DNA of 62,283 nt, counting the filler, from Dugesia japonica (Eukaryota): the NCBI GenBank assembly GCA_001938525.1. It is 5 parts of 5 records of this genome, joined end to end, with 100 filler letters (N's around TTAATTAATTAA, not from the genome) between each part and the next. Parts side by side here need not be neighbours in the genome. Positions count along the whole stretch, not along the records: positions 1 to 21,632 come from MQRL01644189.1; 4 more parts are not named here. The stretch is one strand, 5' to 3'. Positions 1 to 11,949 of the stretch are shown one piece after another. How positions within the stretch are numbered: the first letter of the stretch is position 1; each line of letters begins with the position of its first letter. The position numbers and the translations under genes are program-made. The notes beneath the pieces were generated by a model. It was not told the origin of the DNA. It searched no databases and worked only from the letters and a program-made list of their open reading frames with translations.

Positions 1-505
1 TCCAATGATCTGCCAGAACCAACCGTAGATTTGGACGCTGATTGAGGGTTTTATTATGTTTGAAATAAATGTTGCAAATTGTAAATGAAGTATTATTATT
101 TGTTGCTACAAATTTTTGTGGATGATAAAATTTATAAGAAGTAGAATGGTAGTAATAAGTTATTTTCTTACTGAGCATGTTAGATTGTTGCTGTCAGTGT
201 CCACCGATTTATGAATAAGACGCGATACCACAAAGTCGCGCTGAACACGTGTAAAAAGTTGCATGTCACAGAGGTGACATAAATACTTGTGGTTTTTGGG
301 TATGCCCCTTGACAGGTAAATAAAATATTAAATACTAGAAAAGAGATCAATGTGTTCAAAGATAGAATTTTAGAACACCAAACCCTAAAAACCCAACAGT
401 TAGGTAATTGTCTATAAAAAACATATTACTAGTGACAATTTATCTATAAAACACATATTTTTAGTGACAATTTTTCTATAAAAAATATCATTAGTGATGC
501 AATTT

Positions 506-1001
506 TTAATAAAAACTTATTAGTCGGTTCTTGTTTTCATTGAAAAAGAAATCCGATTGAAGTTCTATTATGAAATTTTTCATAACTTCAAACATGTATA
601 TTGCTTTTGTCTGCAATAAATATTTAAAATATTCATGCATCATCAACAGCATATATTTATGAAGTAATTCTGGTAACCTTTCATGTAATATCTCCAACGC
701 TAATTCTAAAATAAAAAAATTAAATAAAATAATAAATTAAACTCTTACCATAATACTTTTCCTAATTTTTGTCTTCAATTTCAGTATAACCCTCACTGAC
801 ATCACCATCATCATCATCATGACATGTATCTTCCATCTTTTCATCTTCAATAGTTTATTCTTCATTTATTTCTTCATTAATATTGGTTTTTCCGTTATCA
901 TTGGCTTCCATTATATTTTCTATTCCTTTATGGATAATGTCATTTTCAAGTTCTTCCTCTCCTTGGACAGTGTTTTTAAAAAAGATTTCACAAGTATTCA
1001 T
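506..1001 (-). pseudogene. Element accessory gene, acidic N-terminus, one 43-nt intron (706-748)
   Basis: Reads MNTCE..EEEELENDII..DDDDGD, then GTAAGAG...TTTTAG, then ELALEILHERLPELL. Contains internal stops. A homologous copy with the same intron lies at ~25940-26290 (+). Confidence 0.55.
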
Positions 1002-1039
1002 TTTGTAAAAAGTGAATTTATTTAAATAAACAAGTCCTA

Positions 1040-1290
1040 TTTATATAAACTCGATAACCAATCATATCAATTATAGTACATATTAACCAATAGAAACTCA
1101 CAAATAATGAGTATGTGTGTATCGCAACTAGTATATAAACTCAGTAACCAATCATTACTGTTAAAACAAATATTAACAAATCATATCAATTATACTAAAT
1201 ATATATCAATAGGAATTCGTAAATAATGAGTATGTGTGTATCGTAACCATTATATAAGCAAAGGTTTACTTAAAAGTAATCATTTTTAAA
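1040..1290. promoter_or_regulatory. Divergent promoter region with CCAAT and TATA boxes, partly duplicated
   Basis: Repeated AACCAAT and TATATAAAC/TATATAAGC motifs between divergent ATGs at 1001 (-) and 1299 (+). The block AAATAATGAGTATGTGTGTATCG is present twice. Confidence 0.45.
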
Positions 1291-1298
1291 ACTCCAAA

Positions 1299-1612
1299 AT
1301 GCAAGAAAATCAACTCAATAAGGAAAACGTATCAACAATAAATGTGGAACTAGGGAAAATTACAGATTTCCATAATTATAAGATATTCTTTTTGAAGACT
1401 CCAATTATGTATAAATTCAAGCTATGTTTGCAAGATTGAGCAGACAAATTGAAGTCAATGAGACTATTCATATAGCCTTTAAATAAAAGGAGGAGAACCA
1501 ATATGAAAAAAACAGTCAATATATGATTCAAGTTGAGATTAAAGGTTTCAAGAAGTCCATTAATTCAGTAGGAGTCATTAGAAAAGTTAAAAATATTGCA
1601 AAGAAGATCTAA
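1299..1612 (+). pseudogene. Element accessory gene of unknown function
   Basis: MQENQLNKEN... is disrupted by stops. An inverted homolog lies at ~25290-25735. Confidence 0.4.
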
Positions 1613-1829
1613 ATTTACTTACTTAGTGTTTGCTTGATGTTTTCTTTATGTTATTTTTTTATTGAAATAAATATTTACGTAATAAATCTTGTTAAATTTA
1701 ATTTTTTTAAAAGAAAACTAACTAAATAAAAAACTAAATAAAAAATTACATAACAAAGAAACTAAATAAATAAAACCAAAACTTTATAATAATACATTTA
1801 TTTTAAATCAAAAATAACAAAAATAATTG

Positions 1830-2119
1830 TTGTATTCATTCAATTCAATTTGGTGTTTCTCAATAGCTACATAGAAGTTAAACTCTGCGCACTCGATACA
1901 ATCAGGTTCGCAAAATTCAGCATCCATGTAATCATTGATAATAGAGTCCAGGGAGCATTGGTTTCCTTTCTTCATCAAGCATCCCTCTTTTCTCCAATAT
2001 GTCTATAAGAATTCCTAAATTAAATTTATTGATAAAATTATAAAATTAATAAAAATCAAATCTCTTTTACTAAATTGTTCTTCCATTATCTTCATTTTTC
2101 TTGTATTTGAGGAATTCAT
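1830..2119 (-). pseudogene. Small Cys-containing accessory gene with a putative 56-nt intron (2015-2070)
   Basis: Reads MNSSNTRKMKIMEEQF, then GT..AG, then ...YWRKEGCLMKKGNQCSLDSIINDYMDAEFCEPDCIEC. Confidence 0.35.
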
Positions 2120-2281
2120 ATTTAAAAATTACAAGAAATAATAATGAAATGCATTATAAATATATGATTAATAAAAAACCACAACGTAATGTATTAATTA
2201 TTTGAAATTTAGTTATCTTAATTTAAATTGATATTTTTTGTACTTGCATTGTGAAAGTTTTGTATCCATGTTGCAAATTTT

Positions 2282-2733
2282 CTAAATTTTATCAAGCAAA
2301 TTAAACAAATCTGAAGTAATGTTATTCACATATCCTAGAAAATACAAATTTTAAAGTACAAGTATGACTAGTTTTCCGGCTGAGAACACATTTACACATA
2401 AAGGGTCATATCTTACAAGTCTTTAAGCAGGAAATAACTCTGGTTCGAATCAACAGTTGATTATTCTTACTAATTTATACAAATTTATTGAAACTCCCAT
2501 ATTTACGACAATGAATAGCGATTGTAATTGCAAATTTTTTATGTCATAAGGGTTCAAATCATTGGGTTCCAATGGTTTCTTACAACCCATTATTCTACAT
2601 TTTCCTGATCTGAAGAATATAATTGTATATGTCACTTTTGACTTGGAATTGACAGAATTTACCTATAGGAAAGCTCATTTTTCTTTGTTACTTCTTGCGA
2701 TACTTCACCTCGGTAATTAATATTGGCTATCAT
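2282..2733 (-). pseudogene. TATA-box-binding-protein (TBP)-like gene carried by the element
   Basis: Read-through translation gives TIIFFRSGKCRIMGCK ... LQLQSLFIVVNMGVSINLYKL ... FEPELFPA*RLVRYDPLCVNVFSAGKLVIL. These match both TBP repeats ([46 protein letters not shown]). Confidence 0.8.
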
Positions 2734-2847
2734 AATTAATGAATTAAAGAGGAATATTGGGGTTTTCATAAAAGTTAATTTAATTGATTCGTTAAAACAA
2801 ATATAAACAATGTATTAAATTATGAAAAAAAATTAAATAAAAACAAG

Positions 2848-3478
2848 ATGGAGAGATTAAGAAATGATGCAGTCTATCAAATTGTAGGACCTAGTGGTTG
2901 TGGGAAAACTTTGTTTGTATGCCAATTATTGAAATCCAAGTTATTCAAGGCTATATTTAACAATATATACTGGCATAGGGGTGCAGATGAGGAGCATGGA
3001 TTGATTAAATCTGAATTTTGTAATATTAAAATAAAAATTATAAATGGTTTTGATTCTAATTGGAGCAAAAGATTAAGACCAAATGATTTTACTGTTGTTG
3101 ATGATCTGTATAAGGAGGCAAACAAAGAAAAAGATTTCAATAATTTATTCACAAAGATATCGAGACATGGTTATGTAACTGTGATATTTATAACTCAAAA
3201 ATCTATTTCATCAAAGAGGTAGTCATAGAACCCGTTATTTAAACGTGTAAGATTTGGTCTCATTCAAAAATTCTAGAGATCAAACTGTTGTTGATTTTCT
3301 AGCAAGACAAGCATAATCAAATAACAGACAATTTCTTATTGAATCCTTTAAAGATGCCAAAGAAAAACCACATGGATATTTATTTCTTGACTATAAACAA
3401 CAATGTACAGATGATTATAGAGTAAGAACAGATATATTCAATCCAAATGGTATCACAATATATAAACAAAATAGGTAA
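2848..3478 (+). pseudogene. Polinton A32/FtsK-like genome packaging ATPase (frameshifted)
   Basis: Walker A GPSGCGKT, Walker B TVVDDL and SRH..VTVIFITQ. Out-of-frame continuation gives KPHGYLFLD and RVRTDIF. Confidence 0.9.
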
Positions 3479-3729
3479 TTTTTCATAATATTTCAAAGAA
3501 TGACAAAATTAAAGAAATTTATAGTTGATTAAGTAACTGATGGTGTTGTTAAACGTCAAAAAATATTTTTTGAGAAGAAAATGTATGGAAAAAAAATAAA
3601 CAATTGCATAAAAAACATCATGTAAATAAAAAATAACGAGTAAATAAAAGGAATATGTTTAAAAAACTTGCAAAAAGAAGTGGAAAGAAGCTGTGAATAA
3701 TGAACAGAAAAAAGATTATAAACAAATAA

Positions 3730-4062
3730 ATGATATGTATTATTTTGATAAATAAAGATGAAATTACAAAGAAGCATTCCGTTTTTACAGTTTTGATTAA
3801 ATCATCAAAACCTTTTAGAATGAGAATTTTACAATCATTCCCACCATATGTTATAGATGATTTACTTGAAATTTTTATAGATATTGTTCGTGGTAATGTA
3901 TATTTGAGTGCAGCAAAAATGAAAACATTGAAGAAACATAAACAAACTTTATTAGCTCTTGTAAACACAAAAAATAGAAAATCAATGAGACGAGTAATGA
4001 ACAATCAAAGTAGTGGTTTTATAGCAGCATTGCTACCAATTGCATTAGCTGCATTGCACTAG
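3730..4062 (+). CDS. Polinton core/membrane-active protein (GGF-type amphipathic C-terminus), probably degenerate
   Basis: EIFIDIVRGNV..LKKHKQTLLALV..NQSSGFIAALLPIALAAL; lies between the ATPase and MCP. Confidence 0.65.
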   Translation: MICIILINKDEITKKHSVFTVLIKSSKPFRMRILQSFPPYVIDDLLEIFIDIVRGNVYLSAAKMKTLKKHKQTLLALVNTKNRKSMRRVMNNQSSGFIAALLPIALAALH

Positions 4063-4068
4063 CTAATA

Positions 4069-4338
4069 ATGGAAAAATGCTACCCACATTGAAATCAAAT
4101 GCATTAGCTTAACTTGGAAATGTAGTTTCTTCCTTACCTTAACTTACCTAGTGGAGTTATCAGTACGATTCCAAAGATAGCTGGTATATTACCACAAAGT
4201 ATAACTAATAAAATACTATCTGGAATAACTAATATGCTAACAAATCTACCCAAAACAGAACCAACTAATAAAAAACACAAAACATCGCATGCAACACGTA
4301 TAAACAAACGAATGAGAGGACATGGAACAATATTTTAA
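4069..4338 (+). pseudogene. Small basic core-like protein upstream of MCP
   Basis: Ends ...RINKRMRGHGTIF*. MRGH|G fits the adenain consensus (M/I/L)xGx|G. Confidence 0.4.
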
Positions 4339-4340
4339 AA

Positions 4341-5537
4341 ATGATTTGCGGTAAAACTGAATTATGTATTTTTGATCGACCATCTCCTCAAGCTGTAATT
4401 GAAAATAGTACTTTCNAAGATGTCTTTCCTATGAATTCAATTTCTGAATCACATAGCGATGTAGAGTTTTTTATAAACGGATCTCAAATAGAATATCTGG
4501 ATTTGAATGATACTTTATTGTATATTAAAGTAAAGGTAGTTGATAAGGATGATTCGGTTCCTAGTAACTATATGTTGCATAAACATTTGAAGGATGTAAT
4601 ACTTTTGTTTAATAATTTCAAAATTGAAGGTGGAAATAGATAGTATCTTCACAAAGCATTGATTGAAACTATAATTAATTATAATGGTGATAGTAAGAAT
4701 ATGTGTCTTACAGCAAAGGGATATGGATCAGAAGCAGATAGAAAAAAGACTATTGGAAAATCAAAACAATTATGTCTATGTGGTTCTTTGCAACTCGATT
4801 TCATGGATCAATCGAAATACCTTATTCCTGGTGTCAATATTCATATTCGATTGAAACGAGCAAATGCTGATATTTGTTTGGAATCTACAGCCAATCGACC
4901 TAAATATGTATAACTAGATGCAAAGTTAATGGTTAGACATGTACGAGTTGAACCCTCAATATTAATTGGTCATCAAATGGGCCTAAAAAAGCAAAATGCT
5001 GTTTAATCAATAAGAACCAATGAAGTCGTTGCATTTGCAATTAGAAAATATAGTTCATCATTTTATAAGAAACAAATCTTTGGTGATCGTCGATTACCTA
5101 GCTTTATTTTGGTTACATTTCAAAGTGGTGAACAATATAATGGTTGTTTTAAAAGCTCGAGTTCAACATTTCAAAATCTAAATGCTGTTTCCGTTTCCTT
5201 GACGAAAAACACTGATTATCGAGAAATATATACTCAAGATTTTACAAACGATAATTTTGCCACAACATATATGCAATCTATCGTACAAAATATGGGATTT
5301 TTGGATAAAAATATGAATTGTGGAATAACACTTCAAGATTTTAAGGATAATTATCTTTTCTTTACATTTGTTCTTGCTCCAGAATTTGATATAAATCAAC
5401 GTCAATCACCTCAACAGGGAAATTTGAGATTGAATATCAAGTTTGCCAAAGCTTTAACAAAATCGGCATATGTTCTCCTTTATAAGGTAATTGATAAAGA
5501 AACTCAGATTAAAGAAAACGGAACATTATTGGTGTAA
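4341..5537 (+). pseudogene. Polinton double jelly-roll major capsid protein
   Basis: KTELCIFDRPSPQAVIE..F.DVFP..VEFFINGS..YLDLNDTLLY, KYLIPGVNIHIRLKR and GNLRLNIKFAKAL; split by stops and frameshifts. Confidence 0.88.
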
Positions 5538-6119
5538 ACAATGCTATGTGCTCTTAAAATAATTGTAATAAAGTAAGAGTTATTGTTTAATTTATTAATT
5601 CTATTCAAATTGAACGGAGTACACCAATATTACTTAAATCATCTTATTTCAATAAACAATGCGTCAATATTCATACAACAACTCTATGCAAAGAACACTA
5701 GATAACGGTTTACAATAAAAAAAGACACATTACATATAAAATATTTATTTGCATGTATTTGTATTTTCAGAAATATATGTTTTATTGTCAAACAGTCTTG
5801 TTCATTTTTTCTTTTTAATAATACTAAGAAACAAAAGTATTCTATTTAAATATACTTGTTATTATTTATTTAATTTTGTGAACATATCATAAACATAAAT
5901 TTAACATGACACGAGCATGAATTTACATTAATTCCTCATAATACATGGTTATTATGCAAATAAAACCTATAATACACGATTACTATGTAAATAATACACT
6001 CATAAACCAACTGTAATTAAAAAACTATTTACTTATAAGTTGTTTTATATAAATAATACAAGAAAGAAACAAAACTATTATTTAAATCTATTTATTAAAC
6101 AACAAAATAATAATTACAT

Positions 6120-6292
6120 TAATTCCTTTTACAATTACAATTATTGCGAGAATAATTGTTGGACATAACCATTGATCAAAATTTTGGTTTTTTTATTGAT
6201 ATTGGATAACAATTCGATATTTCGACCTTGTATTTGACAGGAATTGAAAAAGACAAGGTCAAAATATCGAATTGTTATCCAATATCAATAAA
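6120..6292. repeat. Short dispersed repeat with a 40-bp inverted repeat (6192-6231 / 6253-6292)
   Basis: The arms match 39/40. The reverse complement of 6120-6231 recurs at ~57645-57770 and ~58358-58490. Confidence 0.7.
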
Positions 6293-7369
6293 CATACTCA
6301 TGTTTTCTCACTAAAACATTGTTGATCCTGTTTATGAATTGAATTTCGTCAACGGACCCACTGGTAATTTCATCTGACAATTTTTTAATTTGTCTTTGCA
6401 CTTGATTCATTTCTTCAACGGATCCATTGGTACTTGCATCTGTAATTTGTTTAATTCTTCTTTCGATTTGGTTCATTTTATAATAGTAATTTTGAATTGT
6501 AAAAGTGACTTTTTTTACGAAACCTGCTGTTTATATACTTGGTGCAATACATAAATACTTGTTATTTGTTAGTTTTTATTGGTCGTTACATGATTTAAAG
6601 AAAATGAATGGTTATTATTCATTTTCATTTATATGATTGGATGTAATTTGTTTTAAATGATATGATTTGTTATCTAAAATATTCATGAACATGATGAGAG
6701 CATGCATTGTGGATGCATTGTGCATGACGCGTGCATGCATTTTGCATAGTGACCTCTTATTACGCGGTTAATATGTAAATAATATACTCATAAACCCTGA
6801 ATTATAGGGTTGCTATATAAATATTACACAGTTTCAATGTAAATAATACAAATAATATACTCATAAATCCTATAATACAGGGTCAATATGTAAATAATAC
6901 ACTTATAATCCCTATATTACACGACTGCTATGCAAAGAAAATACTCATAAACCCTATACATTCATAAAAATATTTTCTTATAAGTTTTTTATAAAGACTA
7001 TAGTTAGTTATATATAGTTATATATAGTTATATAGTATTATATAGTTATATATGAAAAGGTTCCATAAAATTATGATTTTTATGAAAACCGTTCGATGTT
7101 TTTATCATTTTGTTCTAAGAAATATTCTCAATTAATATGTTTATTATAGAAAGAATTGCATGACTAATGTGTTTTTATCAAAATTTGCATCACTAATAAG
7201 ATTTTTCATAGAAAAATTGTCACTACTAATATGTTTTTTATAGAAAATTACCTAACTAATATGTTTCTTTTAAAAAAAATTTGTTTTTTATCATCTTGTA
7301 ATGAAAAAAGTCTATTTGAATATTTTATCATGAAAATATCACAAAGACTCTTTGGTTATTTTTAATACA

Positions 7370-7870
7370 GTGAAAATCACGTGCTGGGAATTTTTATTGA
7401 TTTTTTTTAATAAATGCAACTCAGATGCAACTCAGATGCAACACACATACACCAAAATCACGTGCCTAGGTATTTTTACTAATAAATGCAATAGGTATGC
7501 AACTCAAATGCCACAAGAATGCAACACACATACACTGAAAATCACATGCCTATAAATTCAAGACTGTCCCATTTAAAGCAAAAATATTTTTAAAAAAATC
7601 AATAATTCCTCAATTTCTTAAAAATATCAAGTCTACCTAATATCTTGCCATAATATCAAGACCGTCCCATCTAAAGAAAAATAATCCATAATGCTTCAAT
7701 CAAGACTGTTCAATCTCTTACAAAAATATCAAGACTGCCCATACCATGCAATAATATCAAGACTGCACATACCATGCATATATATCAAGATTGCTCAAAA
7801 AAAATTTTAATTTCCCATGCAAAAATAAATTTTTGAATTTCCCGCCAAAACTTTTAACAAAATATCAAGA
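7370..7870. repeat. Subterminal tandem repeats (AAAATCACGTGC...TGCAACACACATACAC units; AATATCAAGACTG units)
   Basis: Directly visible direct repeats. Confidence 0.7.
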
Positions 7871-8771
7871 CTCCCCTCTTTCCACATCAAAAATTATTAA
7901 AAACAACCTTTCCCACTCAAAAATACATCATTTTTACAAAAATACCATTACTTTCTATAAATTCATCAATTTAGGCAAAATACAGCATTTTTACTACAAA
8001 TAAAGATTTCAAAAGATTATGACGTCATAACCATCCGGCAGAAAAATTTTAAATAAGTCTTAAAAAATTTGATAATTAATTCTATTTCCACACATACCAC
8101 TCTTCCCCTCCCGAAGATTTTTTTAACACTTTTATACTACTTACAAATATCAACCAATAAAAATTTAAGCACAACCAATCAGAAATTAAGTCACAATCGA
8201 CATCCAAAATATTTTCCATCACATTACCTTTCCAACTACTTATCAATTAACAAAATCCAACAACCCCATATAAACATACACCCTCCCAAAAACATCCCAC
8301 GATAACTCATACGACTGTGACCGCGCGCTACCACACTTCTAGGACAAACTATCCATCCAACCTCATAAGTCCTTTAGACTTATATATAGACCAAATTTTT
8401 GTCCAACCAAAACCAAATCTTAAAAACCGCCGAAAAATTATTTCCAAGATGTCTAGCTCCCCTCGAGTCCAAATTCCTTCTTTTACACACAACCACACGC
8501 ACAAACTCAACTTGACCTACTTTTTAAAAACTTCCTTAGCAACCCAAACACACACAAATTTTAAAATTTAAAATCACATACACACTCAGGATCAAAAAAA
8601 ATGATCCGATCAAAAAGAAATTTGATTCGATCAAAATTTTTTGATCCCAAAAATCTTAGAAAAAAACCATCTTAAAAATAACGTCACAAAAATTGGGTCA
8701 CAATCGTAAGCAGTTATCGAGCCCCTTGGATGTCCTCTCAAATTGTTACCGTGCGCTACTAATCCTCTACT

Positions 8772-9190
8772 CACCTTTATACAGCATTCCTTTAAAATTC
8801 AAATTCATTAATGTCTGAAAAGTTGCTGGTGCTGTATATAAACCTAAGGGCAAGCGATTAAAACAGAAATGTCCAATCTTTGTACTAAAAGCTGTTTTCA
8901 TTTGTGAATCTTCGTCTAATACAACTTGATAATAAGCTTGTCCTAAGTCTATAGATGAAAAAATAGTTCATCCATTTAAGATATTCAAAAGCGTGTTTAT
9001 ATCAGGTACCAGAAAAGAGAATTTTTCAGTTACTTTATTCAATAGCCGAATATCCCAACACATTTGGATAGTATCATATTTCTACGGTAAATAAATTCCA
9101 GGTGTAAGATTTGTGCTACTATACTAATGGTAACAAGTTTCAAATTTCTAACAGCATTTTGTTTCAACGAGCATTCAACTCAGAAGGAAC
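8772..9190 (-). pseudogene. Ty3/Gypsy reverse transcriptase fragment
   Basis: FSSIDLGQAYYQV..KTAFSTKIGHFCFNRLPLGLYTAPATF. Confidence 0.85.
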
Positions 9191-10624
9191 TGTTTTACCA
9201 ACCAGTACAACACAAATTAAAACTCTTTTCATGAAAACGTCCAAAAAGTTAGAGCCACAATAACTAAAAAAAATTGATGAAATTAAAGAATCAGACGGCC
9301 GATTTTCATTAAGCTATGATGAATCGACATCTATCAGAAATCGAAGATTTTTGAACCTGAATTTACATTCGACTGGCCAATTCCTTTCTCTGGCATTGAT
9401 TAGAGTAATGCGTAGAATTACAGCATTAAAGATGACGCAACTTGTCAAAGATCGGCTCCAAAAATATCATGTATGTATGTATGATGATGTTGTTGCATCT
9501 ATGACAGATAGAGCAAGGCTGATGCTTAAATTTGGGCACGATATAAGTACAAAGAGAAAAGTGTTCAGAACAACACAATCAACCATGCAGAAGATAATGA
9601 AGAAAATGAATATGAGGATGAAAGAATGGATGAAAACTTTACAGATGGGGATTAAGATGCTGTTTTTGAATTCATTTCTGATTACAACGAAATTATTAAA
9701 ACAAATCAGAACAATTGTCAAACTCTTCAAAAAGTTTCCATTTCGAAATGATGATCAATTGCAACCTCAGAACCTCAAAAGCCACGGGTTGTAAAGTCTC
9801 TGGTTTTGAACTGTCAAACTTGTTGAAACAGTTTGCATGCAATGTTGGAAAGATTTTATGCTTTGAGAAAAGAAGTTAAAGTTGCTATGATCCAGCTTAA
9901 ACAGATATTTGATCTAAATGATTAAGAATTAATAAAAACCAAAGAACTTTGTAATGTACTCGCCCCTCTAAAACTTGCAGTTAATTATCTGTCTCAAGAA
10001 AATGCTGATCTTCTTTTAGCTGAAAATGTTATTTCTTTCACTTTGAAAAAATTAAATGAATTAAAAACCCCATTAGGTGATGCGCTTGCTAAAAAATTAG
10101 AGATTAGAGTACATGAGCGCGAAAACCCCTATCTAATCCATTTATTTTAATATTTGAAAACCCCGGAATTTATTGATATGAATACTGATCAATTCGGACA
10201 AAAGATTCGAAGAAACAAAATTTCAACCTTGGCTAGCCAGCTAATGAGACGTTTGTTCAAGAGCAAAAGTAGTTTTGATGTTGAAGAAGTCAAGGTTGAC
10301 CAGAAAAAATCTATCTCCTTACAAAAACCCCATACTTCTCTTGCTGATGAACTTAATTCCTTCTTATATGAGACAGACAACAAATCCACATCAACAGAAA
10401 ATAAGTGCTGTCTAAGCATTATCAAGAAAGAAATGCAATTGTATGAAGCTACTAAGAAAAGATCTGAAAATCTAGAGAAAATTTGTTCATTTTGTCCAAC
10501 ATCTGTAGAGGCTGAAAGAGCTTTTTCTGTCATGGGTTTATTTGCAAACAGAATAAGAAACCGTTTAAATGATGATACTTTGAATGTTCTGATTGTAACA
10601 AAAAAGTATTATAATAAACAATAA
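9190..10624 (+). pseudogene. hAT-superfamily transposase relic
   Basis: FSLSYDESTSIRNRRFLNLNLH and MTDRA. C-terminal dimerisation motif PTSVEAERAFSVMG...RNRLNDDTLNVL. Confidence 0.85.
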
Positions 10625-10711
10625 TAAATATTTCTTGTATTTTCCTGTAATATTCTGATTGCACCTAAAAAGTGTTATTAACAATAAAGATTAGTTCACA
10701 TATTCTGCTTT

Positions 10712-11165
10712 ACTAGTAGTAGATTACTTCACTAATTTGAATTTCCGAATCAAATACTCCATATGCATACATTGTCACTGATTCCGTCAAGGCTTTATGA
10801 AATTGCACATCCAACTTGAGATTTCCGGTTTTAGGTAATTAAGGTTAATCAACTGCGAATTCCGGAGCCAATACAAAAGTGAAAAACGTATACAAATCTT
10901 AAAATTCCTTCACTGTAATATCATTGTTTCAATCTACATTTAACAGACTCATATTACGAATAATCGATTGAACATACGCCTCAGTATAGTCAGTATCAAA
11001 GTTAGTAGTATATGTTTCTCGATAATCAACATTTGTCGCCAAACATATTGACTTTACACCAAAACTTGAGAATGTCAAGCAAAATGAANCATAATCACCA
11101 CTTGCTTGTTTCGATGATTGAAAAGCAATCAAAACAAATTTCGGTAATCGCTCATCACAAAAGAG
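10712..11165 (-). pseudogene. Second Polinton MCP, C-terminal fragment
   Basis: DERLPKFVLIAFQS..NVDYRETYT..FFTFVLAPEF..GNLKLDVQFHKAL; paralogous to 5080-5537. Confidence 0.85.
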
Positions 11166-11949
11166 ATTATCTTTATATTCTTTATGTAAATTTTTTTCAA
11201 TTTATATAATCAAGGATAAAGATGATAATTTTTAATCATGTTTTTCTTACTCAACCTAACATTTTCTATCTAATAGATACTTTGATGATCAAATTTGAGT
11301 TACCTTTTATTTTTTCGAAATTCTATGATCAAATAATATGATTACAATAATATGAGATTACAATTATCCATGATAACAACCCATAATAAGTACTTGTTTT
11401 TAATTTTATTCCATTAATGATAATGTAGACGTCTTTTATCCGTATTAATACTGATACTTGAAAACATTTTATTGACTTTTGTGGTCTATCGATAATAGCA
11501 TCGTCTTACAGTTCAATAGTAGTGTGTTCAATCCCTATGATTGTCCATTTATTCTTTGCTTTGTTTTTTGGATGTTACAAGTCTCCTATAAAGATTGACA
11601 ATTTTAGATGATGATATTTAAAATTAGCAAAGAATTATCTATCCAATAGATACTTTGATGTTCAAATTAGACTTACCTTTTATTTTTTTNNNNNNNNNNN
11701 NNNNNNNNNNNNNNNNNNNNNNNNNNNNNNNNNNNNNNNATTATCCATGAGAGCAGCCCATAATAAGTACTTGTTTTTAATCTATTTCATCAATAATAAA
11801 GTTTGATTATTATTTATTCATATTAATAATAATGTTTGAAATATTTTCAATAGCAGTTCTTTTACAGTTCATCAGTAGTGGTTCAATTCCTATGATTGTC
11901 GACTTATTTTACACTTTGTTTTTCCTTTATAACTTTTTTATCAATAAAA

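Larger units (their letters stand above)
397..8771. mobile_element. Degenerate Polinton/Maverick element (element A)
   Basis: Contains ATPase, GGF-type core protein and MCP pseudogenes. 397-525 is an inverted copy of ~7155-7260. Subterminal tandem repeats lie at 6770-7870, and the region ends in ...CCTCTACT at 8771. The left boundary is uncertain and the region may be composite. Confidence 0.75.

Noticed and set aside
100-320. Minus-strand fragment with YLCHLCD (possible zinc finger)
   Set aside because: No complete motif or ORF; cannot be assigned.
11265-11920. ~370-bp tandem duplication around a gap
   Set aside because: Non-coding and diverged, with no interpretable function.
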